From positions 11,170,698-11,234,697 of the forward strand of contig OZ037765.1 in NCBI GenBank assembly GCA_964035545.1: DNA of 64,000 bases, given 5' to 3'. The DNA is from Bugula neritina (taxonomy: Eukaryota > Animalia > Bryozoa). How positions within the stretch are numbered: position 1 is the stretch's first letter; every line of letters begins with the position of its first letter. Position numbers and translations under genes: made by a program. Positions 25,188-45,587 of this stretch are shown here, one piece after another. The notes under the pieces were generated by a model, which saw only the letters and a list, made by a program, of their open reading frames with translations, had not been told where the DNA came from and did not search any database.

Positions 25188-28100
25188 ATGCATAAACAAA
25201 TTCAATTTCTTGTCGTTTTTATATTAATGTCAAGCATTTCTGCTTTGTACTTTCATATCCAGGAAACAGAGAAAAAATGTTTTATAGAAGAAATTCCAGA
25301 CCAAACAATGGTAACAGGTGAGACCAGCCGTCATTAAATTTAAATTATTATAATTAATAATAATTAAATTTATTTAATAATTTAATGATTATCATTATCA
25401 TTATTGATTATTCATATTGATTAAGTTTATTTTTAAATTAATTTTGATTTATTAAATAATTATATTAATTATAATATAAAATATTTAATTTCATGTTGAA
25501 TTTAATGTTCAAATTCATAGTATTATCAAGTTTAAAATTAATCAGTATCACTATCTGTAAGTGTAAGACTAAGTGTATAGTAACAGTTAATTACTATTTT
25601 TATTAGTATTAGTATTACTATTAGACATTAGTATTACTATTAGTAATACTAATACTAATAGTAATAGTTATACTAATGTAACAGTAATACTAATACTAAT
25701 AGTAATACTAAGTCTAATAGTTATAGTGTATACTGTATAGTAAATTAAAATATATATTAATAATAATATTTATATTATAATTATTATAAAATAATAAACA
25801 TTATTTAAATATGCGAGACCTAGGGCCTGGGGGGCAAGGGGCTGAGAGTGAGACGTAATACTGATACTGATACTCATAGTAATGCTCATAGAGTTAGACA
25901 TAGCTCAGACTTTAACTCATAAGTCAATTTGTCATAGTTATACTTGTACTTGTAGTTATAGTATAAGTTATACTCATACTGATACTGATTATCATAATCA
26001 TAATGATAATGTCAATGATATCCTATTCATATTGAAGTGATATTGATTACCAGTGTCACTTAATCATTATCATTATGATAATGATTATGTTGTACTTCAG
26101 GGCAGGGTTGGGGTCAATTGCATGTGAATGTAATTAATTACAACTACAATTACATGAAGATTTGTCAATTACAATTATAATTACAGTTAAAAAGTGATGT
26201 AATTAATTACAATTACATGGCAATGTAATTAATTACAATTACAATTACTATTGTTCTCATAAGGGATAAACGGAAGTTATGCAATCTCACTTCTGGGGTC
26301 CAACTACCAGGGGCAATTTTGACAGTGGTGAATCAGCAGTGATACTATACTACATTGACTTAGTTTGAACTTGTTATTTAACAGTAGGCATGGTAGGAAA
26401 AGCATGAATGTTTTATGATTTAAAAGTTTGAAGTAATTTACATGTAATTATAAAGTAATTGTAAAAATCAATTACATTAGATATGTAATTAATTACAATT
26501 ACATTTTTATACATCAATTGCAAATTACATTCAATCACTTGAAAAAATGTAATTAATTACAACCAATTACAAATTACAATTACCCCAACCCTGCTGCAGA
26601 GTCAAATGTATAATTTATTTTTGTAAGTTCCTCATGGGAAATTTTTTACCAAGATTCTTGACATATTCCAAGATAGGTTCACACAAGCTGATATATGCAA
26701 GTCGTTGTACTCTTTTTGGGGTACCCATACTGTTAAGGTACAATTTTCTTTAAGTTGAATTTTAAGTCTATCTGATAGTTTGCTTCAAGATGATTAGTTT
26801 AGCCTGTTCTAGTATTCTCTATTCTGTAGTTAGCTGAAATTAGGCTTTTGATTTTAAGGTTAAAATCAAATAATTTCAACTTGGTTAAATTATTTTTAAG
26901 CTATGATTTGATCTCTTGTCAGTTTTAAAATCAAACTTTATATCTTGTATAATACATATTTTACTAGATTTATAATTATGTTATAATATAGGATATATAA
27001 TAGGACATATTAGTTTTATTATAAATATTGTTTATTATATATTATGTAAATTAAGTTAGCTAAAACTAGTGGCCTGATGAAATTAAATGAATCGTAATTG
27101 CCAAATTTAAGTGATTGTAGTTTCAAATCTGAAATTTAGTTTTTTAACTCATAACTCATAGCCATAGATGAAAGTTTAAGTTAAATTGAAACTATTTTTT
27201 TACAATTTTTTCATTGTTATTAGTGTTTAATCCAGTAATTTTAAAGTACTCCAGTGTTGCGTATATGTGTAGAGCCAAAGTGCTTCATTTGTTTTGGTTG
27301 TGAACCAGTGGATACTCACAGTTGGCTAGTATTGCATTATTTTATGTTCAAGCATTATTGGGGCCCAAATTTCAGTTCTTTATGGCAGGAAGCTACTGTA
27401 GTAAGCATAGGAGCTTGTTTGTAGCTGGTGAAAGACTAAGTAGTGATGAAATTCTGATTTCTTTCATTCATAACTTTGCATAGTTTGTTTTGTTAGAGAA
27501 TTCCTAACTATAGTGTTTTCTGTGTAGCTGTTATATGTGTATGTATACACACCGAACTACACATGCATATTCAATATAGATTGAAATATTTGTAGGAAGT
27601 GTCAATTTTTGAAGCTTGAAAGCTTGAATAATTTTGGTATTACTTTTGACAGAAAGTTGCTTGTCGGTATTTTTTGAGTATTCAGGTTTGATGAGCAAAT
27701 AAATTGCTTATTTTATCTACAGAAAAACCTTTAAAGGTCACCAACCCTTTAACTATCCTTTAGCTGGTGTCACAGATTGCTGTAAAAGCTTACTATCCAT
27801 ATTCCTGATTTTTATATGCAAAACTTCCTTTCTAAATTTTACCTTTAAATAATATGCAAAACCTGTTTTGTCTTCAATCACATGATATATGGTGTTGTTT
27901 TAAAAATACGTTAAAAGTTTCTAGAGTATTTAAACAATCTCATTTGCTAACGATCTATACTATAGGAAACTATAAGGTGGAAATGTTTGACGAACAGAAG
28001 AACACTTTTGTTCCAACACTGGTAGGTTTGGGCATGTTAGTACAAGTTAAGGATCCTGAAGAGAAAGAACTCCTATCAAGGGTAACTTACTTTTCACTAT

Positions 28101-29840
28101 TTAACTATATGAATAATTCTATTTAATGAATGTGTCGCAGGATTGTACAAAGTGCAGGAATGGGACGATGGAACTAAAGATTATTATGACCAGGCTGCAT
28201 TTAGCTATGGCATGCATGTAGAAGTGCTTGATCCCACTGGACACCCTCAATTATCAAGAGTAATTGCTGTGGCCGTCAAAACTCAAATTATCTATGTGTT
28301 AATTATAGTAGTGGGGGCAAATAAAGTCTTCCAGTATTTGATCTCTTGTCTTGTCTTGTGTTGAATTTATAAAGTTTATTGTGTAATTGTCATGTTAAAT
28401 TTCGGTTGTAGCTACGTCTTTCTATGTGAAATTATAATGTATGATTTGTTATAACATCATGCTGTCATTTACTAGGCTCCTCAGTCAATGGTTTCATTGG
28501 CAATCAACATTTCTGTCTTTGCTCTGTGAATCTAAGCCTTACTTAAACCACACTTGGCAATAACTCTAAAAGTTAGATTATTGTACCTAGTCAGTAGTTC
28601 TATTTGAGCTGTTTGCTCTGGTGAAATGTGACCTTTCTCAAGATTGCCACTTACTACATTTGTATATAATTTCAATGGCATGTTTACTGAGCTAGTTATC
28701 ACATTTTTGCATCAACCAATCGTACTGCAGTTGGACTAGTCTCTTATCAAACTCATCTAAGATGCTTTGTTAGTGCTTTTTCAAAATTTGGAGTCATGTG
28801 ATCTTTCACAAAGAAAAATATGGTACAATAGGTTTGCATAAAGCCAATTTAATGCTTTATCGTCTTCAGTCTTAAATTAATTTTTTTAAACTGCTAAATG
28901 TTATTGGCTAGAATTCTGTTTTCAAAGTTGTTTTAGGCAAGTTTGAGTCGCATATTTTTATTGTCTATATTTATAAACCAGCGCAGGAAAATTGAATTTC
29001 TCTAGTTGGTAACCAACGAAACTCTTATAAATTTGCTATTTACATCTACTAATTAGCAAATATATTAAATGTTTTTCAGATGTATGCAGCAGAAGGAAGG
29101 TTTACATTCACTTCTCATACTTCTGGAGAACACCAGATATGTTTGCATTCAAACTCCACTGCTTGGTTTGGTGGTGGCAAACTGGTTGGTAAATTTTAGT
29201 ATTATAAAACTTCAATTCCAAATTGTATCCGTGATATTTTTTTAAAACAACCAGAATTTCAGTGGGTATATGTAGCAATAAACCTGTATTTTGATTTTTT
29301 TTCTGCATACATTAGTGTAGTTGCACAATTTGAGACAAATTGACTAATGCTTGTTGAAAAAATAAAGTGAAAATTTACTGCAAAGATGGCAATTTCTCAG
29401 TTTTCCAAAAGTATTGATTTTCCCTGTAGAGAGTCCATCTTGATATTCAAGTTGGTGATCATGCCATAGATTACCAGGATGTAGCCAACAAAGAGAAGCT
29501 GTCTGAGTTACAAATTAGAGTGCGTCAACTGCTGGAACAAGTGGAGCAAATTCAAAAAGAGCAAAACTACCAGAGGGTTTGTAATATTCTTCATTCCTAA
29601 TGCAGCCAATTGCAAAATGTGTAAGGGTTGTTTATCCAGAAGAGAACGGTCTTGTTCACCAATTGATACATCGTGTGATTTATTTTTTAGTATCGAGAAG
29701 AAAGATTTAGACAAACCAGTGAAAGCACCAACCAGCGTGTACTATACTGGGCATTGGCTCAAACTTTTGTTCTTTTATTAACTGGTTTATGGCAAATGCG
29801 ACATCTTAAAGGCTTCTTTGAGGCTAAAAAGCTTGTATAA
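25188..29840 (+). CDS. TMED9: p24alpha family cargo receptor (TMED9/TMED4/eclair type), about 215-216 aa
   Basis: Exons 25188-25317 (in-frame ATGs also at 25146, 25149, 25176), exon 2a 27966-28081 or 2b 28141-28259, 29080-29184, 29430-29576, 29691-29840. Signal peptide, [41 protein letters not shown], coiled coil, transmembrane helix and C-terminal FFEAKKLV dilysine signal; AATAAA at 29991. The symbol is nominal: it is probably co-orthologous to TMED4 and TMED9. Confidence 0.93.
26103..26593. mobile_element. hAT-type MITE in p24alpha intron 1
   Basis: TIRs CAGGGTTGGGGT...ACCCCAACCCTG; flanking 8-mers cttcaggg / ctgcagag (6 of 8 match, decayed 8-bp TSD); many subterminal CAATTAC / GTAATTAATTAC motifs at both ends. 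Confidence 0.8.
27966..28081 (+). CDS. p24alpha exon 2a (GOLD domain variant A)
   Basis: tatag acceptor, phase 1 in, phase 0 out, gtaact donor; encodes [39 protein letters not shown]. Confidence 0.9.
28141..28259 (+). CDS. p24alpha exon 2b (GOLD domain variant B, duplicate of 2a)
   Basis: cgcag acceptor, phase 1 in, phase 0 out, gtaatt donor; encodes [40 protein letters not shown]; open frame, homologous to 2a. Confidence 0.85.
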
Positions 29841-30959
29841 ACAGTGAATTCCATAACTGCTGTACATTAGGCCTTTTCTGATTTTTCACTTTGTTGTAGA
29901 TGGCACTAGTTTATCACTGTTATGCAGTTTACTTACTTTATATGTAATAACTATGATCTAATTATTATGAATTTAGTTAAGCTTCTTTTTAATAAATTTT
30001 TCATGTTTCTCTCACAAGATATCTACTTGTTTTGAAAACACTAATACAAGTTTGTAATCAAAATTGGTATCTTGGTAACCGGTTTGAGTGAAGGCTCTTT
30101 AAATGAGCTATTGATAAAGACAGTACCCAAATTTTGTGTGCAATGTGTTATATAAATTTAAAGGTCTGCATAAGTTGTGTTAAGCTCTTTCCACATTCCT
30201 ATGTTTATGAAAAGCACCATCTGTTGAAGTAATTTCAAGTAGTTGTTGCTAACATATCGATATCACCATGTTAATTTTTTATGAAATGATTAATACAAAC
30301 CCAGTCTTTGTCATACATAACCTGGCAGTTGGTAGTTCAATCCTCTCTTGAATCTTGAAATTTCTCTGCAATAATGATATTAATAGCAGTTACCGTAATG
30401 CTTCTTGATTAAAAGCTCGTGCACTAAATATTATCTAAGTGAAGGCTCATTTACTAAATAATGTCGCAAACTTTGACCACTTTTACACATTTATATCTAG
30501 ATGTTTAATATATTGATGTGAATGTTGACTTTTCTTGGAGTTTAATATATTTAAAACTATAATTCAAATCTCAAGTAAAACTATATCCTACAACAGATTG
30601 GCTAAAATTTTGCTGCTTTTTTCAATAGGCTGTTGGATAAAGAAAAAAACAAGTTAGAAACAACAAAATGCCATTAGCAGTTTTCAAGTGGACAACATTT
30701 GGGTGCTGCATAATGTTGGAGTTGTGTTCCTCACTAGTGAGTCGAAGTCTTAACAGCCAGGAAGCAAAATAAATCCGCTTTTTAATTATTATTTCAGTAG
30801 CTATGCCTGAGAATACAATAATATAGCCATATGTAAAGGCATGCCCATAGTAAGCTGCAGCGACTGCAATTCCATTTCACTTCATGCAGCAAATGGGTGA
30901 AGAGTAGGAGTAATATTTATTAACCGTACTGAGCTGCAGTAAAGATCTATCAAGAGCCA

Positions 30960-31340
30960 CTTTACTGTTACACTTTGACTTACACTTACTCTTAGTCTTA
31001 CAGTTTCTGTTACTGTTACTCATACTGTTAGTGTTAGTGTTAGAGTTATACTTAGTGAATTACTGGTGATGGTCATGGTGTACCGAGCTGGACACCATGA
31101 TGGTGACCATTACCGTCACGGTCACCATGACACTGACAGTGACTCAGACTGAAACTGTCAGTCTGTGGTACTGACTTATCAGTATGAGTATCACTATCAT
31201 TATGAGTATCAGTATGAGTATGTCCTATAGTATTACTATTACTGTTAGTATTAGTATTACTATTAGTATTAGTATTAGTCAGTAACTGTAAGACTAAGTG
31301 TAAGACTAAGTTAATTATTATCATTATCGTTATGACTTAA
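30960..31340. repeat. Cryptic hexamer repeat tract upstream of the BTBD1/2 coding region
   Basis: AGTATG/AGTATC/ACTATT/AGTGTT/ACTAAG units in phase. Confidence 0.85.
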
Positions 31341-31878
31341 AGTTAATGAGTTAACCTTATGAGTTATGAGGCTGAGTGGTAGCACTTTGCTTTGCACTTG
31401 CAGCCAGAGAGATTTTAATTAATTGACTTTGATCACTCAGTTATCCGACTAACATTTACATTGGACTACTTCTTGATATTGCCTTACCATCCTAGAGCTT
31501 TACAGTTGCCATAAGTTTGACAAACATTATGATTATAATTATTAACATGCTAGCAGTAGTACTACGTCTACTCCCACAGCCATACTTATAGTTATACTGA
31601 TAGTGATACTCATGCTGGTGCTTATTAATCTTAGACTTAGGCATTAGCCACTGCCATCATTATTATGATTATATCACGAGAATCATGATAATAGTTATAC
31701 TTATAGTATTTTGATACTCATAGTCATATGATACAGATGGTGCTAACATGAGAAACACTTAATCTAAATCTGATGTCAGATGATTATACTGATAGTCCTT
31801 ATGGGTGCAGGTCATTTTGTATACATCTAACAGGTCGTTTTGTACACATCAATATAGATTAACTTTAATACATAATAT

Positions 31879-32078
31879 AAACTCACGCAAGTTTATAGTC
31901 GCTATCCCTGTGAGAAACCTCTGATGGTAAGGGTTTTTGCTAGAACGGGCTAAGGACTTGTTTAAATGAGGCACAGGAGCAATTATGACTGAATGCTCTT
32001 CCTAACATCACCAATGGCCTTTGTCGTGTTCGTGTTCACAAAGCAAACGCTTTAACCCCTAGACCACGGCTGCTCCCC
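31879..32078 (-). mobile_element. tRNA-derived SINE copy with perfect target-site duplication
   Basis: Flanked by tttaatacataatat at 31864-31878 and 32079-32093; aligns to the copies at 38666-38875 and 44055-44284; short deletion around the B box. Confidence 0.88.
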
Positions 32079-32315
32079 TTTAATACATAATATGCTTATA
32101 GTTATTTACTATTTGATGTATGAGTCATGCAGTACAATAAAATTGCATATTAATTCAATTTTTTACAAAATGTTCTTCAAATTTTAATAGTTCTTCAAAA
32201 TAACTTTAGGTGGGAATTTCTAAAAAAAAAACTAAAACTTCATCAAAGCATTAAGCTATAATTTAAAGAAATAAGTAATTGTTACAGTAGTTTTGTTTTG
32301 TTTTATCTAGCTTAA

Positions 32316-32500
32316 GGAAGCAGCCATTTTCTAGTAATTAGGAAGCGCTAAGTCATGAGTTCAAATCTTAGGAGGCATCTAGTCATGATTGCTCCTATGC
32401 TTCAAGCCAAAACGGTTAGAGGCACAGTTCTTAGCTCACTTAAAAAACCGTTACCATCAGGGGTTTTCATGGGGATAAAGACTGTAAACAAACATGGGTT
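32316..32500 (+). mobile_element. Degenerate copy of the same SINE family
   Basis: ggaagcagcc...ctaagtcatgagttcaaatc...gattgctcctatgc...aaaaaaccgttaccatcagggg matches family blocks with deletions. Confidence 0.65.
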
Positions 32501-32652
32501 TGTTTGAGAATTATTGTTGGAAAATGGAGTTATTACAATTTACAACATAACCATTTTCAAATGTTTAGAGATTGCTGTATAGAAACTGGGGACAGTTGAA
32601 AGTAACATGTATATAATTTTATGTTGATGCTCTTAATTTTAGCAAATTAGTA

Positions 32653-35613
32653 ATGAGTGAAGACAGAAATTCCATAGAGAGGGTAGAATCTTTAGAAGAT
32701 GCCAGCAATGCTGAAAGACCTCGTAATTTAGCTGTAAATCCAATTAATATCGGCTTGGCTACAGCAGATGGTGTTTTGTCACCAAACAACTCTAGAATAG
32801 TTCAACGTTTAGAAAGGTCTGCCAATTCTTCAGCTCAGACTAGAGCTAAAAATGATCCCGTAGAATGCAACTACTCGGAAGAAGTACCAGAAAACTTTTT
32901 TGGAAATTATAATAGCTTCAGGCGACCTGTGCTCAACCGGCCTGCAGGGTATCATTCAGCTCAAGAGTTGGAGAAGTCTGGTAATGATTCTTCGTCACCA
33001 ACTGGTGAACGTGCTTGTCTTTATGAGCAGACTGTCGGTGATTCTGAACCAACCACTGATGAAATCCTTGAAGCTGGACTTGGTTTAGTTCTTCATCCAC
33101 AGTCACCGAAAGTTGGTGCTGTTGAAAACACATTTACTTACTCTTCTTCACATGTACATAATTGGCAGTCTGGTAAACATTGTGTTAAATCTAGATTGCA
33201 ATATTTGTTAAATACTGGCGTTTTATCAGATGTGACTTTTTTAGTTGGAGGCAGTAGCTTACTAATGTCAAACTCTACATCAGTTCTACCTACTCCTGAG
33301 CGATTTGTTGCTCATAAGTTTGTACTAAGCATGAGTAGTGCTGTATTTGATGCGATGTTTAATGGGCGAATGGCTAGCTCGGACGAATCAGCCATTGAGA
33401 TACCAGATGTCGAGCCTATGGCATTCACAGCTTTATTGAAGTTTGTGTACACTGATGAAGTTGATATTGAATCTGAGAGCGTAATGGCAGTGTTATATGC
33501 TGCAAAGAAATACGCTATCCAGGCTCTTGAGCAACAGTGTGTAGAATTTTTAAAAGATAATATTCATAGTGAGAATGTATTCATGTTGCTGACACAAGCC
33601 CGCCTGTTTGATGAATCAGTCTTGGCCGACATGTGTCTCGATAACATCGACAAGAACACTTGTGAGGCCATGTCTTCTGATGGATTTGTGGACGTAGATT
33701 TAGATACACTCTGTTTGGTGCTTGAACGAGACTCTCTCAACATTAGAGAAAGCAAATTGTTCTCCGCTGTTACCAAATGGGCAGAGCATGCATGCATCAA
33801 ACAAGAATTTGAGATTACTGCGCAGAATCTTCGAACTGTTTTGGGCAGAGCTGTTATGCTTATCAGATATCCTTTGATGACTGTAGAAGAGTTTGCTGTG
33901 CAGGTATTTTAAGCTATTGCAAGATATTCTTTACAATGTTAATTCAATTATGTTCCGTAGTTTTTGAATCAGTTTGTATGATTTGTTGTTTTTTGAAATA
34001 TTCTATTGAGCTAATATTTTGTTGGGAATAAACTTACAAGAAGCGTATTAAAATGTTTATTGAAACAAGCACTAAATTTCAACACCATTTTTGAGTCATT
34101 TTCAGGATCTGAAATCATCAGCTGTTTTTGCTGTTACCATTTTCAATGAAACTGGTTTAGGCAGACAGTCTTTTAGGTTGTTGTACTCAGACATTGTTCT
34201 AAGTGAATGTGACACTAAATTATTTCTTTGTTCCTATTAAATAACCAGTAATTTGCAAACGGTAAAATGCATTGCATTTTTTTACAGCAACATTTAAGTA
34301 GGTGCAAACCTGAAAATGACCCAAAAAATTGAATTCAAATTTAGTTTTTTTTCTGTTAAAAATTTTAGCATACTTTTTGAAATTTTATTATTGTTTTATA
34401 TAGCAAGAACTTTGCAGGTCGCTCAATCAAAGATTTTAACTGATTCTGAATTGGTTGAGCTTTTTCTCTACTTCACCATTACACCAAAGCCACCAATAAC
34501 TTTCACAGATTTGCCCAGGTGCTGTCTTAAGGGCAAGGAACAAGTAGTTTCTCGGTTTTGCCAGGTTGATCACAGATGGGGTTATAGTGGTACCAGCGAT
34601 CGCATCAAGTAAGATTTTCTCCATTTAAAAATGTGGAATTTTGCTAGCCAAAGTCTAAGGTTTTTATATACATGTGATTATTACAACTGAAGACATCTTG
34701 CTGATATTTAAAGTGTTTTGTAGATTTCTGGTAAATAGAAGGATTTATGTAGCAGGATTTGGGATTTATGGCAGTGTCCATGGACCTGCAGAATATGCTG
34801 CTACTATTGAGGTGAGTGATTTCAATGAATTTGATATTCATCCCTTTTTTATTTTATAGCCCTTTGTTGAGAAATTGAGATAAATAAAATGGGGGGTACT
34901 TTTAACAAACTATGCTGGTTTTTTCTTATCAAATACAATGGAGTATAATAATCTTATAATCTAAATACAGACATAATGCCTTTTTTCATTTGCTATATGA
35001 GACATTTATATATAAAACCTGTTTTCGCAGATATTAAGTGCAGACACTCAGAGAGTGCTGGGATCTACAGATACAACATTCCACTGTGACGGTAGCAGCT
35101 CAACATTCCGAGTAATGTTTAAGGATGCTGTTGAAATCTCACCTTTTGTACATTATATAGCAGCTGTCACTCTTAAGGTGTGTTGCCTAAATCCATATAG
35201 TGTTCTATAAATGCTAGTATTTCATACCATTTTTATTGCATCATAACCTTCTGAAGTTGGCTTGTGTCAATTTATTCGCATCTTATATATAACTATATTA
35301 TCTCTCATTTTTCTCTTATACTAAAACACTCTGTTGTAAACATGGTTACAATAATATGCTGTATCTGTGTTATATTTAATATTAAAATCATGTACATTAA
35401 TTACTAACTTTCTGGTATTACTCTAATTTTTAGGGTCCTGATTCATTCTATGGAGGTAAAGGCCTGAGAAAGGTGACTCATGAATCTCCCACCAGTGGCA
35501 AGGTGTCCTTTCAATTCTCATACGCAGCTGGTAATAACAACGGCACATCTGTTGAGGACGGTCAGATACCAGAGATTATGTTTTATACTTGCCATGATGA
35601 ACACTTATCTTAG
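32653..35613 (+). CDS. BTBD2: BTB/POZ-BACK-PHR protein of the BTBD1/BTBD2 group, about 618 aa
   Basis: Exons 32653-33903, 34418-34608, 34724-34811, 35031-35177, 35434-35613. HNWQ motif, BTB ([27 protein letters not shown]), BACK, PHR ([31 protein letters not shown]). BTBD1 and BTBD2 cannot be distinguished here. Confidence 0.92.
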
Positions 35614-36323
35614 TCTAATAGCCGTTTACTTGCTTCATCTTTTAATACTCGTCTCTAAATTATAGCAATCTTGAATTTTGTTTCTCTATTATAGTTGGTT
35701 TTGAGTCTTCACCGATAGTTCTTGCTACTGAATAGATGTGTTTTTATTTATTGAAATGAGTTTCTATTTATGGATAAAAAGTAACTTTTTTGTTTTTATC
35801 GCAAACTAAGATTGGTGATCAACATGTTTTTAGCTTTTGTAGTAGTTCTTGTTAAATAACACATTGAAGCACAACATTCTTAATAAAGTTTAGTTCTCTC
35901 TTGCTGATATTATTGCAGAAATCTGTTTTAAAAACCTGTCGAAATTTGAGACTATACTGTGATGGAAGTTTATTTGTAAATGGACTATTTTCTTTCGTTA
36001 TAATATGATTTTGCTGCCAAACATATTTTACTGTAACCAACTATTTTATGTCAAATGTTGTTATACCATGTAAATCATAGAGCAAACATGATGTAACAAA
36101 GCATCAAAGCTAGGGTCTTGCATAGCTATCTATAAAAATGCCTATTCAAAGTCTAGAGCAGCCCCCAGGGATAGAACAACCTTAAATTTAGGTAAGGCTA
36201 CAGCCTTCATGAGATAAAACTTGGCTTTACCAATAAAGCTGTTTTCCACCATTGAGTGTTATAAGTGCTTATAAGCAAGTAGATAATTTTTTGTTCAGTT
36301 TATGTGCCTAGCTGTAATGATGC

Positions 36324-36690
<367 letters not shown>

Positions 36691-37321
36691 AAGCCAATAA
36701 GTATAACTTGTAAACCCCTCTAGTCTTGAATATTATATACTGGCTCCTTATGTCTACTTTCTTTTTGCAGCACTCAAGTGATTGAAAAGATTAATTAACA
36801 GTTAATGATACAAAGGCATTTCATATGTGTATATTATAGTTTATACATTTGGTGGTTGGTCAATCAATATAGTACAAACTGTACAATGACGTCCTATTTT
36901 AAATTACACCAGGCTTTTAAGCTGCCATGTAAAGTATATTGTGTTATATAAAACATAAACTGGTTTAAGGAGTTATAAACTTATCATGAGAGATAACTTT
37001 AGTTTTGTGGAACAAATTACTGCTCAAAATTAAAGTCATATTTAAAGAGAAAAAAATTGTATTTGATAACACCAAAAAACAACAAAGTTTTATCACCACA
37101 TGAATAACAATCAAGTAATTAGAAATCTTTAAATTTACTGCAAAGTTAGAATTTCGACAGAAACCAGCTGTGAAACACTACAATTATAATTACTGCCATT
37201 ATACTTTATTTACTAAGAGTTGTCCTCTTCCATTATTACAGCTTATTTGCTGAAAAACGCTTCTCGTTCAGCGATTACAGCTCTATAGCCGTTCCATTTT
37301 AATTGGGAAATTCCTTGTTCC

Positions 37322-37337
37322 GGCACGAAAATTCAAA
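37322..37337 (+). promoter_or_regulatory. CDE-CHR-like (DREAM/LIN54) motif near the inferred MCM9 5' end
   Basis: GGCACG-AAAA-TTCAAA fits the GC-rich hexamer + 4 nt + TTYRAA layout; lies in a CpG-containing patch just before a candidate donor (cg|gtcagt at ~37342). Confidence 0.35.
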
Positions 37338-37677
37338 TCTCGGTCAGTGTCTGTCTTTTCTTTAATTTTTTACTTTTTATTTACTCACTAACATGAACGC
37401 CCTAATGAACAGCTGAATGTTTTCTATAATAATAATTATATAATAAAATGTAAATTGAGTCTTAATTTGTATTTATGTGTGGTTGCATTTGACTAATGAA
37501 TTATCACTATCTGGGTGAGGAACTGGGTCTGGAACTGGAAGGCCAGCCCAAAACGAAAATGAAATGAAAATTAGTAAAGTATTTAAGTAAAAGTGTAAAT
37601 CAGTAGATTTAAACTCAAATTGTACAAGTAAATCATTAAATAAAAGTTTAAGTTGCTATAAGCTCAAGTTGTATAAT

Positions 37678-38070
37678 CACTATTAGTATTAATTAATAAC
37701 TAATACTAATTCAGTAATTGTAATGTAATACTAATACTAATACTAATACTGTAATAGTAATACTAATAGTGAGTATCAGTATGTCTACTGCTTAATTACT
37801 ATTACTATTAGTATTAGTAATTACTAATAAGTAATAAGTGTAACTATCACTATTGGTAATATTGCTATTGCTTTTAGTATTAATTAATAACTAATAGTAA
37901 TACTAATACTATGAGTATGAGTATGTCTACTGCATAATTACTATTAGTATTTATCAATTAGTAATTGATAATACTAAAATCTAATAATAATAGACTAATA
38001 GTTTTAGTATTAGTATTACTAAAAGCAATAGTAATACTAATGCCAATAGCTGTAGTTATACCAATAGCAA
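37678..38070. repeat. Cryptic hexamer repeat tract upstream of the MCM9 coding region
   Basis: ACTAAT/AGTAAT/AGTATT/AGTATG units in phase. Confidence 0.85.
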
Positions 38071-38579
38071 TAAAGATACTTGCAATAAAAAATGTTTAAT
38101 GATTAATCCACTTGGTAGGTTCTTATAGTTATTACTAGCCCACAGTGACAATAATCTTAATAGGCTTATACTTATAGTTGATTAAAGTTATGCCTCGCTC
38201 TACTCGATCATTATGGTTACTTTAAAACGGACTTTATGGTGCCTATTCTGCCACCAACCCATATTTATATTGATATTTTATGTCCTATTCATACTGTTAG
38301 TGTTATTCTTATTTTTTCGGTAACTTTGGGCTTAATCTAAATCTTATAACCTATAAGTATGAGCATACTTGCATTTTTTTCCTAGAATTTTAATCGTATG
38401 AAAACGGTTGCTATTTACATTTTTAATATTGACTATTAGTAAATAGATTAAATAAATTGTCTCTTTAAATTTATGTTATGCAAATATACCGAAAATGCTT
38501 AACTCATCATGTATATATTTATGTTTGCGTTTTCAGGTTTATCAAACCTTGAAGTTTTTGCCCAATGTTTTAGTTCGAC

Positions 38580-45151
<6,572 letters not shown>

Positions 45152-45587
45152 TTTTTGTTTAAAAAATTTATTTTTTTATTGCATTATTATTATAAATAAA
45201 ATGTACATATTTAAAAATAGAAAACAATATTATACATTATATGTAGCGTAAATAATCACATATTTTTTCTAGAATAGACAATTCGCTAAATTTGATTTGA
45301 ATATAATATCCTCTAGAGTTGACAGTAATTTTCATTTCGGCATGACTTTGGTTAATCTGCATAGGTCACCTGGAACTTGTTGGTCTAGTTCTACAACAAA
45401 AGCATTGAATAATAAAAAAAAATACAAATCATTTTAGTAGCTTCATCTTCAGCTTTTTAGCTTCAAGCAGCACATAAAATATCCCAACACATTGCTATTC
45501 TATATGGATTGAAGATCTGGCATGCATATTAAGCAAATTAAGATGATGTATATTTTAATTGAGAAGAAAAATTTTCTTAAAATATTA

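Noticed and set aside
26600-29079. Additional exon-2 variants of the p24alpha gene
   Set aside because: Other AG sites I tried in the flanking introns hit stops and lack the YKV / GM-x-V / LSR pattern; only two variants are supported.
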